Shown: positions 1-9,737 of the stretch, piece after piece
Layout of the letters: every line of letters starts with the position of its first letter
Position numbering within the stretch: the stretch's first letter is position 1
Assembly (NCBI GenBank): GCA_000002435.2
Contig: CM018793.1
Source of the DNA: Giardia intestinalis
Lineage: Eukaryota
DNA length: 64,000 nt
Strand: one strand, 5' to 3'
The notes under the pieces: generated by a model
What the model was told of the DNA's origin: nothing
Databases searched by the model: none
The model's input: the letters and a program-made list of their open reading frames with translations, nothing else
Translations under genes and position numbers: made by a program

Positions 1-2
1 AC

Positions 3-449
3 GATCAGTACTCGCCTGAGGGTGATGAAGTATGTCATGATTGTCGCCACGGAACCATTCGCAATGTAGACGGCTCTGGATGTGTATCTCTAGATCCTCA
101 GGACGAAAGCAAAGTGGAAGAGGGCCCTGGATTCGCCTTTTACGGCTTTTACCCCACGTATTCGCCGCCTTCCCAAGAATATATAAAGACAGAGAAGGAA
201 CGAGTCCAGAGTCGCATTTATCTCCACAGTGGTGATAAGATTATAGATGTAGTTGAGGGGGTGGAAACAGTCGCAGAGGCTCGGCGCCAGATGAAGACGA
301 GAACTCGCGCTGCAGTTGGTTGGATGTTTCTCGGTCTTCTTCTCTGGGTGCTGTTGCTAGTTGGAGCGTGTGCTATCTATAATCACCTGAAAAAGCGGAA
401 GATGCAACATCTGCGTGCTAGCTACCAGCCTACCTACCGAAATGACTAG
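3..449 (+). CDS. 3' fragment (5' end outside window) of a high-cysteine membrane protein (HCMP-like); Cys-rich ectodomain tail, one TM helix, short basic cytoplasmic tail
   Basis: Frame open from the window edge. It contains CHDCRHG...GSGC, then the hydrophobic stretch WMFLGLLLWVLLLVGACAIY, then KKRKMQHL and TAG at 447-449. This is the typical HCMP C-terminal architecture. Confidence 0.6.
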   Translation, partial: DQYSPEGDEVCHDCRHGTIRNVDGSGCVSLDPQDESKVEEGPGFAFYGFYPTYSPPSQEYIKTEKERVQSRIYLHSGDKIIDVVEGVETVAEARRQMKTRTRAAVGWMFLGLLLWVLLLVGACAIYNHLKKRKMQHLRASYQPTYRND

Positions 450-997
450 ATGCACAAGCCAGGCATTGAGCCTACACCGAATTGCTAATGCTTATTATCA
501 TTCCTAATTATAAGTAGCCAATCCAGAACAGACCGAGTCTAAACTGAAACCAGTTACTATTCTAGCTAAAGGACTCTATGTAAAAAGAGACCACAAGGGG
601 CTTTCTGTGGACACTGCATGTGTCTCTCAAGTATTGCCATATTTTAGAGTAAATTTAAGGGACTATATGCAAGTATCTTCGGATCGCACGCAGGATATAC
701 GAAGTGACCACTTGAGTAAGCGGCGTTGCTACCGTTGGGGCTCCCTCACTCGGTTATACAAGGATCCACAGGAGCTGCGAACTTTGCCCAATGGACACGC
801 AGACACCGTTAGCGTAAGCTCAAAATGCTACAATTCCTTGAAAAAAGAAAGTCGTGTACACGTATACAAAGTGGGCTTGACGATCAGCATGGAAGCACAG
901 CAAGGCATCTGTGTTTATTGGCTTCCTCTGAGGCTGCCTTACAATGTGGTGCGGGATTTCGCTAACATACCCTCCTAACCCTGTATTGCAAAAACAA

Positions 998-2722
998 ATG
1001 CTTCCTGTACTTCTTGGGCTCCTAGCGGGGTTCCTCTCCGCGTGCCCCGAGGGCGAAATCGAGGTCGACGGGGAGTGCTACCCGGAGGCGTGCGTCTTCG
1101 ACGGAACAGTCTGCGCGGGCCACGGGGTCTGCATGGTGAACTATTGCTATTGTGACGACGGCTACAGACTGTCGAACGCCGGGTGCACGCCTGCGGAGTG
1201 TACGGATAGCATGGGGCTTGTCTGCGGCGATCACGGTGTCTGCAAGAGGGGCCCGGATGGCTTTTCCTGCGCTTGCGACGAGGGCTACACAAGCGTCTCC
1301 CCGACGTGTGCTCCCGACGAGTGCGTGCACGACGGAAAGATATGCGGTGGAGCTGGAGTGTGTGTTGCTGAGGATGGCACGCCTGCTTGCGTCTGTGATC
1401 CCTTCTACGCTGGGACCTTCTGCGAGGAGTGCGCACCCGATGCGGTCCTTTTCGAAGACCACTGCGTCGACCAGCGTTGCCTCAGCGAGAACCACGAGGG
1501 CGACACTGTAGAGTGCGGGGGCTTCGGAGTCTGCTTCCTCTACCCCATCGGGATCATTTCCTGCATCTGCTACCCGAGCACTGTCCTCGACAACTACAAG
1601 TGTGTTCCGTTCACGTGTGCGTCCCAGCCGGAGGACAGGATCGTGGCCTGCAGCGATCGCGGGATCTGCGAGCCAGACAGAACATGCCGCTGCGACGAGG
1701 GCTTTGAGGGCGACGTCTGCCAGTACAAGATTATCGACTGCCCTGCGGGTACGCGCTACTTTGAGGGTCAGTGTGTGACCGATGGGTGCATCTCCCCCGA
1801 CGGACACGTCTGCGGTGACCACGGGGTTTGCGCAAACAACGCGTGCACCTGCAACGAGGGGTACGAGCTCATCGATAAGAACGTCTGCATGCCATCCAAC
1901 TGCATCGTCGACGGAGAGGTGTGCCCGTACGGGACATGTGAGCGCGAAGGCATGTCCTGGACGTGTGTATGCCGCGCAGAGTATGTGCCCTACAATGGCA
2001 AGTGCTACCCCAATTCCTGTGTCACTGACATCCTTCCAAATGGAGATCCCAAGCTCTGCTCTGGAGTGGGCCAATGCGACATGGAGGCTCGCCGCTGCAT
2101 CTGCCTTTCAAGTCACACTGGGACATACTGCCAGAAGTGCAGCGATGAGGCGCTCCTACTTAATGGAAGATGTGTTGCGCTTGCGTGTGTAAGCCACGAC
2201 CTTGATGGTAATCCTCTTGAGTGTGATGGGCGTGGACGGTGTATAGCATCTATGCTAGTCGACTATCCTCAGGAATATACCTTTGTCTGCAGTTGCGACC
2301 CTGGCTATCTTGCTCTCGATACAGGTACATGTTCCCATGTCAAGTGCCTAAATCGCGATCTTTCCTTCAAGCCCATCTGTAGTGGCGTTGGCTTCTGTCT
2401 CGGACCCGAGGGTTGTGCATGTCCCGAGGGCTACAGTGGTACGCGCTGTGAAAACCGGGAATGCCCTGAAGGCGAGACGGCAGTTCTGGCCTGGGGCTGC
2501 GTCCCGGATGCGTGCGTTACTGAATATGCAGACGGTGTCCGGCGCGTTTGTGCCGGGTTCGGGCACTGCATAACAGAGGACGGGGTCGCTCGGTGCCGCT
2601 GCAACAGAGAGGCAGAACTCATTGACGGTGTTTGCACAACCCCAGCGTGCATTGGGACCGATGGAATTGTATGCAAGGGAAGAGGGATCTGTCGCGACGG
2701 AGCCTGTTTCTATAGCGATTGA
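998..2722 (+). CDS. Secreted cysteine-rich protein with EGF-like/tenascin-like repeats (high-cysteine protein family), N-terminal signal peptide, no C-terminal TM
   Basis: 575-aa ORF. The ATG at 998 (A-rich leader gcaaaaacaaATG) yields MLPVLLGLLAGFLSA, a signal-peptide-like start; an upstream ATG at 944 is also in frame. Repeated CxCxxGYxGxxC EGF-like units run throughout. It ends CFYSD-stop with no hydrophobic tail. Confidence 0.7.
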   Translation: MLPVLLGLLAGFLSACPEGEIEVDGECYPEACVFDGTVCAGHGVCMVNYCYCDDGYRLSNAGCTPAECTDSMGLVCGDHGVCKRGPDGFSCACDEGYTSVSPTCAPDECVHDGKICGGAGVCVAEDGTPACVCDPFYAGTFCEECAPDAVLFEDHCVDQRCLSENHEGDTVECGGFGVCFLYPIGIISCICYPSTVLDNYKCVPFTCASQPEDRIVACSDRGICEPDRTCRCDEGFEGDVCQYKIIDCPAGTRYFEGQCVTDGCISPDGHVCGDHGVCANNACTCNEGYELIDKNVCMPSNCIVDGEVCPYGTCEREGMSWTCVCRAEYVPYNGKCYPNSCVTDILPNGDPKLCSGVGQCDMEARRCICLSSHTGTYCQKCSDEALLLNGRCVALACVSHDLDGNPLECDGRGRCIASMLVDYPQEYTFVCSCDPGYLALDTGTCSHVKCLNRDLSFKPICSGVGFCLGPEGCACPEGYSGTRCENRECPEGETAVLAWGCVPDACVTEYADGVRRVCAGFGHCITEDGVARCRCNREAELIDGVCTTPACIGTDGIVCKGRGICRDGACFYSD

Positions 2723-3001
2723 GATTTGTTTGGCTGGCGATTCGTACATAATCTGACTGACCGCACAGTGAATTCTCTTCCCGTTGTCAATTACTAAACC
2801 TCTACATCAGCGCCAAGTGGACGTCTGTTTCGTGGGAAAACCAGTGGGAAATCAGATAGTTATGCTAGTAAGTGTGTATACATGCTGAAAGCCGTAATCA
2901 CCCAAACCAAACTTTACTTAGAACTTGTCTTTTACCAGCCACGCTCTGCAATCTTGTATTGAGACGCAATCTCCTAGCAGGTCGACACTTATTACCTCTT
3001 A

Positions 3002-5527
3002 TTAACTACTTAAAGGACGGAACAGCGAGGGCTCACGGTTTAAGGAGCCACTGTTTTTCCTTCTGAGAAGGAACCAGACCAGACAGCCGATGATAACCGC
3101 AACAATGGCCACTGATGCGACAGAAATCCCAGCTATCATTCCTGTCGACATTTTGCTAACACTCTTCTTTGGTGGGTCGACGCAGGTATTCCCGCTGGGA
3201 ACCTGCCCTCCCATGCAGTGACACTTTCCTCGTCTGACGGCTGCTCCCGATGGGCAGCTCCTTTGGCACGTTGTGCTATCTAGTTGTATATTATCCAAAG
3301 GATCCACACAGCGGACACATCTGTCCAGAGAATCACACATTGCGCATCCTTGGTACTGAGGACAAGGTTTGGTTGGCTCGCAAAGGGTTCCGTCATTGCT
3401 AGGCGCATAGCTATCTTCACACATGCACGCCATGGCCCTATTCTCTTCTTTCGGGCTAGAGTTCTGAGGACATTGTGTGATGCATGTCCGCCTGAAGAGA
3501 TCAAGGAAGCTGCCGCTCTTGCACTTGAGGCAAGAAAGGAGACCACCGTCGAGCGTGCACTCTATACAATTAGAAATTCCAACAAGATTGTCCCCACATG
3601 GGACACATTTGTTTCCTGTGTCGGGGTTTTCCTGTGGAAAGCTCCCTGTATAACAATGATGACTGCTCACACACTCTATCGAAGAGGATGTGAGCTTCAG
3701 ATACATATCATCCTGGCAGCGAGTACAAACGCCTGGTCCTGCACATCGTTTGCAGTGAGCATCTGAGCATCTTGTGCAGACCTTCAGGGTAGTGTCCTCG
3801 AAGTGCCCATCTCCACAAGCAACGACGCAGCTTCCAGAACTAGAAGATTCGGACCTAAGAAGGAAACGGTCCTGTTCGCACGAGGTACACTGTGCACCTG
3901 CACCTGAGCAAACTGTGCACCCGGCGGCGCACTTCCTACAGGTCGTCCCATCTTTGTAGAATCCGTCGTGACAGACTAAGCACAGTTGCCTATTACCAGA
4001 CACGCAGGTCTTGCAACCAGCAACAGAGCACGGGTCAGGATCAGCTACGCAAGCACTTGAAGAAATGATATATCCCGCTGCGCAGCGCGAACATACCGTG
4101 TCAGATGAACACTCTTCGCAGTTTGCAATGTTACAATCATAGCACGTTGACCCAGCAGCATTCGGTCTCTTTGTACCGCTACAGGCTGTGCATTTCAACC
4201 CAGTTGAGGTATATGTGCAAGCCGTGCAATCCTGAATTCCATTGTTGTTAGTATCGCTGCAAAGTAAACACTGTTTGTCCCATAGATCGCCAGGATCTTC
4301 ACTGTCTTTCGGATAGTACGGAGCGGTGCATTCGTCAAGTGGTACGCAACTGAGCACTCCATTGTCTACCTTCTTATAATAATATAAAAAACAACTCTCG
4401 CAGGTAATTGCTCCTGTGTTTGCAGTGTAGGTGCACCTAGAACACCCATCTAGGCCCCCGCGAGATGCGTCACCGCAGAATATACACAGATTGACTTCAT
4501 CAACTGTCTTTCGGAAATGTGATGACGTACACTCTTGGCTGGAGAGGCACATGGCTGAGTCTCCTCTCGACAATAGATAGTAGTCTGGGTGACACGCCTC
4601 ACACACTGGCTTGTTGAGTAAGATCGTTACCTCTTCTTTAAAGGAACACTTTGCACAACCCTCTACCCCAGCAAACGTTCTCACCTCATAGTAGGAATCA
4701 AGATCATCGTATTCATATTCAGAAGTGTCGTTGCAAAGCATGCAGGACTGCCTATTGGCTGCGGGCTCAGGGAGACGAAAGAAGCCATCTTGACAAAGCT
4801 TACAAACACCGGGGATAGTGTCTACTTCTTTGCATATAAGATTTCCTGGCGCGCCGTGAGTGATTGAATAGCATCCACCCTTGTAAAGGAAGTACCCATT
4901 TCCACATAACTTACAAGTACCATCTGGATAGTCCTGGGATGTGCATGCGTTATTATCCGTTGACGACAGACACTTTCCGTCAACAAGATACTCAGACTTT
5001 ACCGAGCAACGTGAGCAGTACTTGTTGCCTCCCAAGTCAACGTTGCAGTGTTTCTGCTTGCACTTGCCAGGAGCAGTATGAAACATATTAAAAGAGATAA
5101 CCTCCTCACACGTAAGTGTACTATCTCTTGAAGGCTCCACAAGCTCAAGAACTCCTGAAGCAGCACTAAAGCAGCCTCCACTGTAAACGTGGTACCCTGA
5201 AGAACTGCAGGAGAGACACGCGTAAGAGTCTGGGTCAACCTCACAGCCAGCAGAGCCAACCTCATGACTATCTTGCTCCACACACGCCCCATCAATAAGA
5301 AGGAGCCCCGGAGTGCATTTGAGGCACAGTTCTGCAGGACCCAGGTTCAGACACATTCCAAATGCGCATCTCCGCCGATTAGCATCAGATTTGCATGTTA
5401 TCAACATGGGGGCCTCAACACGGGGGTTTTTAGAATCGATACCGTCTTCAAAGAGGGGGGTCCCATTGTCAGTATCCACACACAAAAGACCGATAGATGA
5501 CAAAACTAGACCTAGAAAAATGTACAT
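3002..5527 (-). CDS. High-cysteine membrane protein (HCMP), type-I membrane topology
   Basis: The ORF track start at 5569 is TTG. The first ATG, at 5527, gives MYIFLGLVLSSIGLLCV (signal peptide). The body is about 800 aa rich in CxxC/CxC motifs. The C-terminus is GMIAGISVASVAIVAVIIGCLVWFLL (TM helix) followed by the RRKNSGSLNREPSLFRPLSS tail, which is not a CRGKA tail, so this is an HCMP rather than a VSP. Confidence 0.75.
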   Translation of the reverse strand: MYIFLGLVLSSIGLLCVDTDNGTPLFEDGIDSKNPRVEAPMLITCKSDANRRRCAFGMCLNLGPAELCLKCTPGLLLIDGACVEQDSHEVGSAGCEVDPDSYACLSCSSSGYHVYSGGCFSAASGVLELVEPSRDSTLTCEEVISFNMFHTAPGKCKQKHCNVDLGGNKYCSRCSVKSEYLVDGKCLSSTDNNACTSQDYPDGTCKLCGNGYFLYKGGCYSITHGAPGNLICKEVDTIPGVCKLCQDGFFRLPEPAANRQSCMLCNDTSEYEYDDLDSYYEVRTFAGVEGCAKCSFKEEVTILLNKPVCEACHPDYYLLSRGDSAMCLSSQECTSSHFRKTVDEVNLCIFCGDASRGGLDGCSRCTYTANTGAITCESCFLYYYKKVDNGVLSCVPLDECTAPYYPKDSEDPGDLWDKQCLLCSDTNNNGIQDCTACTYTSTGLKCTACSGTKRPNAAGSTCYDCNIANCEECSSDTVCSRCAAGYIISSSACVADPDPCSVAGCKTCVSGNRQLCLVCHDGFYKDGTTCRKCAAGCTVCSGAGAQCTSCEQDRFLLRSESSSSGSCVVACGDGHFEDTTLKVCTRCSDAHCKRCAGPGVCTRCQDDMYLKLTSSSIECVSSHHCYTGSFPQENPDTGNKCVPCGDNLVGISNCIECTLDGGLLSCLKCKSGSFLDLFRRTCITQCPQNSSPKEENRAMACMCEDSYAPSNDGTLCEPTKPCPQYQGCAMCDSLDRCVRCVDPLDNIQLDSTTCQRSCPSGAAVRRGKCHCMGGQVPSGNTCVDPPKKSVSKMSTGMIAGISVASVAIVAVIIGCLVWFLLRRKNSGSLNREPSLFRPLSS

Positions 5528-6181
5528 GCTATCCGATGGTTGGCGGAGATTTATTATTAATTTTCCCAACGTAGAGTATAGAAACGCCGAGAGTCAGATA
5601 GTCATATGCTATTGTGCCATAGCCGTGCTGCCTTTAAACTCGAGCAGGTAGTGAGATATCTCCACGCCATTCTAGCCTCACTAGTGTTTCTGCGCATCTT
5701 ACCAACAAATTTCTGATGCCTGCACATTGAAATAGAGTGCAATCGAATTTTTGTACCAGAGGCCTAACTGGTCAAATTGCCGCATGCCCGCTTAAACGGC
5801 TAATCCCACCTTCTGACGCATTTCTTGACACCTTCCCAAGAAGTCGAAATAGTTTGTTTACAGACAATCTGTTGCACACTTCAGAACGTTACTTTTTGCT
5901 TCTTGCTCTTTTTGTCGGTACAGTTCCATTGAAGATGGAGTACTCATTGCTGTCCATTGTGCTCTTTGACTGCGACATATGGGCTTGTGTAGTGCCGTCA
6001 TAGAGCGCCCTAAGCTCTGCTAAAAGTTAGAGCAGGTCTTTTGAGATATGAGCCATGGTCACGGCTGGTCCGTGTTCTAATCCGTCAAGTGCAGCTTTAT
6101 CTTCATCAGTAGGCATAGCTAAGCCCCGAAAGTGCAGCCCGCGGGCAGCCCCGGGCCGGGATAAAAATAAAGACCCGGGCC

Positions 6182-6577
6182 ATGGACGAGATCAAGAGCA
6201 TCATCCTCCAGAACATGAAGCAGCGGGGCGAGCTCGCGGTCCTGCAGGCGAAGGTCCGCGAGTCCGTCCTCCGCGCGCTCGAGGGCCACAAGGCCAGCCC
6301 GCCCCCGCAGCCCGAGGGCGAGACGTACGTGATCCTGGAGCTCATCACGGAGTTCTTCCGCTTCATGGGCCTCCACTCCACCGCCGGCACCCTCGAGGTC
6401 GAGGCGGGGATCCCGACGCTCCCCGTCAGCCGGGAGTACCTGATCCGGACCCTCGGCCTGTCGCCCGACGCGATCAACAACGAGATCCCCCTCCTCTACC
6501 ACATGCTCGCGTTCTGCCAGCAGTTCGGGGGCGTCTCCGCCGTCGTCCTGGAGGAGGACCAGGGGGACCGCCTGTAA
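6182..6577 (+). CDS. FOP (FGFR1OP/CEP43) N-terminal dimerisation-domain protein, LisH-like, likely basal-body/centrosomal
   Basis: ATG at 6182 (gataaaaataaagacccgggccATGg). The sequence ELAVLQAKVRESVLRALEG...YVILELITEFFRFMGL...REYLIRTLGL...PLLYHMLAFC aligns motif-for-motif with the human FOP N-terminal domain (ELRAAVFLALEE...LVAEFLQFFNL...RENLARDLGI...PLLLEVIRRC). GC3 is very high, so antisense ORFs here are artefacts. Confidence 0.55.
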   Translation: MDEIKSIILQNMKQRGELAVLQAKVRESVLRALEGHKASPPPQPEGETYVILELITEFFRFMGLHSTAGTLEVEAGIPTLPVSREYLIRTLGLSPDAINNEIPLLYHMLAFCQQFGGVSAVVLEEDQGDRL

Positions 6578-6730
6578 ACGCCTTCCCCGAATAATTTCGG
6601 GCAGTCCTTGCCCGCGGAGGGCACTTAAGGCTCCGGGGCCCGGGGCAGAGTCGGCCCTCCCAGAGCCCGCCGACGCCCCCGAGCGCCAGCCCGGCGCAGG
6701 GGCCCGGCCACACTCATTTATTAAACAGCG

Positions 6731-7171
6731 ATGGCCAGCGCCGAGCAGGCGTACCTGGAGCTCGCCGACGCCCTCGCCCGGTGCGCGGCCGGCCCGGGGG
6801 GCCTCGGGGAGGTGCGCGGGCTGCTGCACCTGCTCCGCCGCTGCACGGACGCCGGCTACCCGAACGTCCCGCCCCCGGAGCGCCTCGGGCACGAGTTCGC
6901 GCGCGACGCCCTGTCCGTGCTCGCCGGGCTCCGGGAGGCGCCGGCCCCGCCCCCGTCCCCGGACGCCCCGCAGCAGCGCCCGATGCCGCCCTCCCCCGGG
7001 GCCCGCTGGCAGGCGCTCTTCCCGGCCGGGACCGCCCTGGGCCTCTCGCCCTTCGAGGCCGACGCGCTCATCCGCCGCCGCCGGGCCCAGGTCTGCGAGC
7101 TCGACGCCGAGGTCGCCCTGCTCTCGCGCCGCGTCGCCCGCCTCCGGGGCCTCCCCGTCCGCATGCACTGA
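6731..7171 (+). CDS. Hypothetical 146-aa protein in GC-rich island (Pro/Ala-rich middle, C-terminal coiled-coil-like RRRRAQVCELDAEVALLSRRVARLRGL)
   Basis: ATG at 6731 on the same strand, 150 bp after the FOP-like gene, with the same GC3-rich codon usage. I recognise no homology. In DNA this GC-rich, long ORFs occur in several frames, so coding status is uncertain. Confidence 0.3.
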   Translation: MASAEQAYLELADALARCAAGPGGLGEVRGLLHLLRRCTDAGYPNVPPPERLGHEFARDALSVLAGLREAPAPPPSPDAPQQRPMPPSPGARWQALFPAGTALGLSPFEADALIRRRRAQVCELDAEVALLSRRVARLRGLPVRMH

Positions 7172-7736
7172 GGCATGCGTGCAGGGCGGCGGTGGACCCG
7201 CGTAAGCATTTGTTGAAGCACACCGGATGACTCAGTGGAAGGGGATCTCGCTGGGATAATCCGTTTTAGCAGGCCGACAAAGCAACTATTAGCTTGATTT
7301 ACTCCTCTAAGACAGATAGGCCCTTGCATTGCCTGTCCCCATCAGCGATATTAGCCTTGTTCTGTGCACTGCGTAGGATGCATACAGCTCTGTGCCGTAT
7401 ACTAGTAAAGTAGGGTGCGTCTCTCTATTGGCATAGTATGTCAATCTCTTGCATTATTAGATGGTCCATATAGCTCTATCCACTACTTACAACTAGCAGA
7501 ATAGACAGCTTGCTACTCTGCGCAAGCATCTGGGGACGTATGCAGGCACGCCATGTGGCACCACGTCCTTTGTGGAGCGCTGGAGGACTACACAGGTGAG
7601 GGTCTACCATCAAGGTGCGGACACGTTGCTTCCTGACATGGAAGGTCAATGAGGCTATCCAGATGGTCCAGCAATGGTAGAAGGCTAGCAGATGTGATCG
7701 TATTGGCCATCAGCACTGTCACTAACACCAACACGC

Positions 7737-9362
7737 ATGACTAATAGATCTAGCAGGGCCGCAATGTTGCTACTAGTTCTCTGCTTTTTGATGAGCGCCT
7801 TCACCGCGCAACGCACTAAACAACCCACATCCGACTGCGGAGTCGCAAACTGCGCCCAGTGCGTCTCTGGCGACAACACAAAGTGCGAGACGTGTAGCCC
7901 TGGCTTCGACCTCAGCAACGACAAGACGCAGTGCAACCAGAGGCCCGCGTCCAACTGCGGAGTCGCAAACTGCGCCCAGTGCGTCTCTGGCGACAACACA
8001 AAGTGCGAGACGTGTAGCCCTGGCTTCGACCTCAGCAACGACAAGACGCAGTGCAACCAGAGGCCCGCGTCCAACTGCGGAGTCGCAAACTGCGCCCAGT
8101 GCGTCTCTGGCGACAACACAAAGTGCGAGACGTGTAGCCCTGGCTTCGACCTCAGCAACGACAAGACGCAGTGCAACCAGAGGCCCGCGTCCAACTGCGG
8201 AGTCGCAAACTGCGCCCAGTGCGTCTCTGGCGACAACACAAAGTGCGAGACGTGTAGCCCTGGCTTCGACCTCGACGAAAACACAAAGCAGTGCAACCAG
8301 AGCCCTGCGTCCAACTGCGGAGTCGCAAACTGCGCCCAGTGCGTCTCTGGCGACAACACAAAGTGCGAGACGTGTAGCCCTGGCTTCGACCTCGACGAAA
8401 ACACAAAGCAGTGCAACCAGAGCCCTGCGTCCAACTGCGGAGTCGCAAACTGCGCCCAGTGCGTCTCTGGCGACAACACAAAGTGCACAAAGTGCCAAAG
8501 TAACTACTTCCTCACTCCAGAGAAGAACGCTTGCTTGACGTCTTGTCCGGCCGGGTCGTACGCGGTTGGGCAAACGTGCGCGCCCTGCGACTCCTCCTGT
8601 GCGGAGTGCAGCGGGGCCGGCGCTTCCAAGTGCACGGCCTGTCCCGCCGGGAAGATGCTGAGGTACGCCGACGAGAGCAAGCTTAATGAGGGCGGCCAGT
8701 GCGTGGAGCAATGCGTGGAAGGCCCGGAGTGCGAGACGTGCGGCCTAACAATTGGAGGTACCAAGTACTGCTCGAAGTGCAAGGGGAGCAACGTGCCGCT
8801 CAATGGCGTCTGCACAAGCAATGCGGCCAGGACTCTGTTCTGCACCACTGCCGCTAACGGTGCCTGCACGGCCTGCGCCGCCGGATACTTCATCCAGGAG
8901 GGCGGATGCTACAAGACTGACAGGCTCCCCGGGAAAAGCATCTGCACAACTGACAATGGAGGGAAATGCCAAACGTGTGCTAACGGACAAACCCCAGACG
9001 GAGGGACTGGAGTGTGCCCGCTGTGCGACTCCACCTGCAAGACGTGCGCAGCAGGACAGACACAGCAGTGTCAAACTTGCTTCTCTGGGTACTATAAGTC
9101 TGGAACAAAGTGTGTGAAGTGTGATGCTAGTGACGGCCAAATTACTGGCGTAACCGATTGCGTGAGTTGTGCTCCCCCGTCTACTAATCAGGGACCTGTC
9201 ACCTGCTATGTGAAGATGGATGGCAGCAGTGGAGGGAGTAGCACGAACAAGAGCGGCCTCAGCACAGGGGCCATAGCGGGCATCTCCGTTGCTGTGATTG
9301 TCGTAGTCGGGGGCCTCGTTGGCTTCCTTTGTTGGTGGTTCATCTGCCGGGGCAAAGCGTAG
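7737..9362 (+). CDS. vsp: Variant-specific surface protein (VSP) with tandem 40-aa repeats
   Basis: ATG at 7737; an alternative Met at 7764 gives MLLLVLCFLMSAF (signal peptide). CxxC motifs run throughout. The C-terminus is GAIAGISVAVIVVVGGLVGFLCWWFICRGKA-stop, the invariant VSP TM plus CRGKA tail. An AGTGAAT poly(A) signal lies 15 nt after the stop. Confidence 0.9.
   Translation: MTNRSSRAAMLLLVLCFLMSAFTAQRTKQPTSDCGVANCAQCVSGDNTKCETCSPGFDLSNDKTQCNQRPASNCGVANCAQCVSGDNTKCETCSPGFDLSNDKTQCNQRPASNCGVANCAQCVSGDNTKCETCSPGFDLSNDKTQCNQRPASNCGVANCAQCVSGDNTKCETCSPGFDLDENTKQCNQSPASNCGVANCAQCVSGDNTKCETCSPGFDLDENTKQCNQSPASNCGVANCAQCVSGDNTKCTKCQSNYFLTPEKNACLTSCPAGSYAVGQTCAPCDSSCAECSGAGASKCTACPAGKMLRYADESKLNEGGQCVEQCVEGPECETCGLTIGGTKYCSKCKGSNVPLNGVCTSNAARTLFCTTAANGACTACAAGYFIQEGGCYKTDRLPGKSICTTDNGGKCQTCANGQTPDGGTGVCPLCDSTCKTCAAGQTQQCQTCFSGYYKSGTKCVKCDASDGQITGVTDCVSCAPPSTNQGPVTCYVKMDGSSGGSSTNKSGLSTGAIAGISVAVIVVVGGLVGFLCWWFICRGKA
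7836..8486. repeat. Perfect 120-bp tandem repeat, about 5.4 copies, in-frame inside the VSP (40-aa unit ASNCGVANCAQCVSGDNTKCETCSPGFDL(SNDKT/DENTK)QCNQ(R/S)P)
   Basis: ccaactgcggagtcgcaaactgcgcccagtgcgtctctggcgacaacacaaagtgcgagacgtgtagccctggcttcgacctc... recurs at 7831, 7951, 8071, 8191, 8311 and 8431. There are two sub-variants: copies 1-3 versus copies 4-5. Confidence 0.9.
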
Positions 9363-9376
9363 ATGTAGACTTAGGT

Positions 9377-9383
9377 AGTGAAT
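9377..9383 (+). terminator. Putative Giardia polyadenylation signal AGTGAAT (AGTRAAY class) for the VSP
   Basis: The motif sits 15 nt downstream of the TAG at 9360-9362, the canonical spacing for Giardia mRNAs. Confidence 0.4.
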
Positions 9384-9737
9384 GGCTATGCTGATGGATT
9401 CTGCACTTGGTGGCCGTACTGGCTCTGAGTAGGCCCCTTGGCGCGTAACCATAGAAGTGTTTGTGGCCAGTGGTAGAGCTTGCACTATGTGGGCCATCCA
9501 CGCATGGATCTCGCTACCAGAATCTCAGAAAGTTCCCTGTAAATGAATCGTACATCTGTGGAGCAGTCCATCAACCGTTCTCGTGCAGAGAATTGGTAAG
9601 GGCTGACAAAGGCGTAACTCTGCTTACACAGCTGCATAGTAGCAGATAGTATAGAGTACTGGCACAAATATTACGGCGTTAGTAAGCGATGTAAGCGACC
9701 CGATAGTGAAATAATCATTATTATAAATAATTCCTCG

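Noticed and set aside
607-978. 123-aa ORF between the HCMP fragment and the Cys-rich gene; similar short intergenic ORFs at 5737-6003, 11571-11840, 12036-12764, 45546-45794 and elsewhere
   Set aside because: They have non-ATG starts, no homology, and overlap with or nest inside better-supported genes. They are treated as chance ORFs.
1022-2074. 350-aa minus-strand ORF overlapping the Cys-rich gene (also 975-1436, 1152-1511 and others)
   Set aside because: It is antisense to a GC-rich, stop-poor coding region. The translation is Ala/Val/Arg low complexity with no signal or homology. The plus-strand product has a coherent EGF-like Cys pattern and signal peptide.
6119-7168. 349-aa minus-strand ORF and 179-aa plus-strand ORF (6055-6594) in the GC-rich island
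   Set aside because: They are low-complexity Gly/Arg/Pro/Ala translations typical of chance ORFs in high-GC DNA. The FOP-like frame is the only one with recognisable domain similarity.
7836-8486. Regular 120-bp and 111-bp (54281-54650) direct repeats as possible CRISPR arrays
   Set aside because: The repeats are contiguous with no unique spacers. They are in-frame inside Cys-rich surface-protein genes and encode 40-aa and 37-aa protein repeats. The apparent antisense ORFs (7685-8488 and 7773-8711) are side-effects of the repeat.
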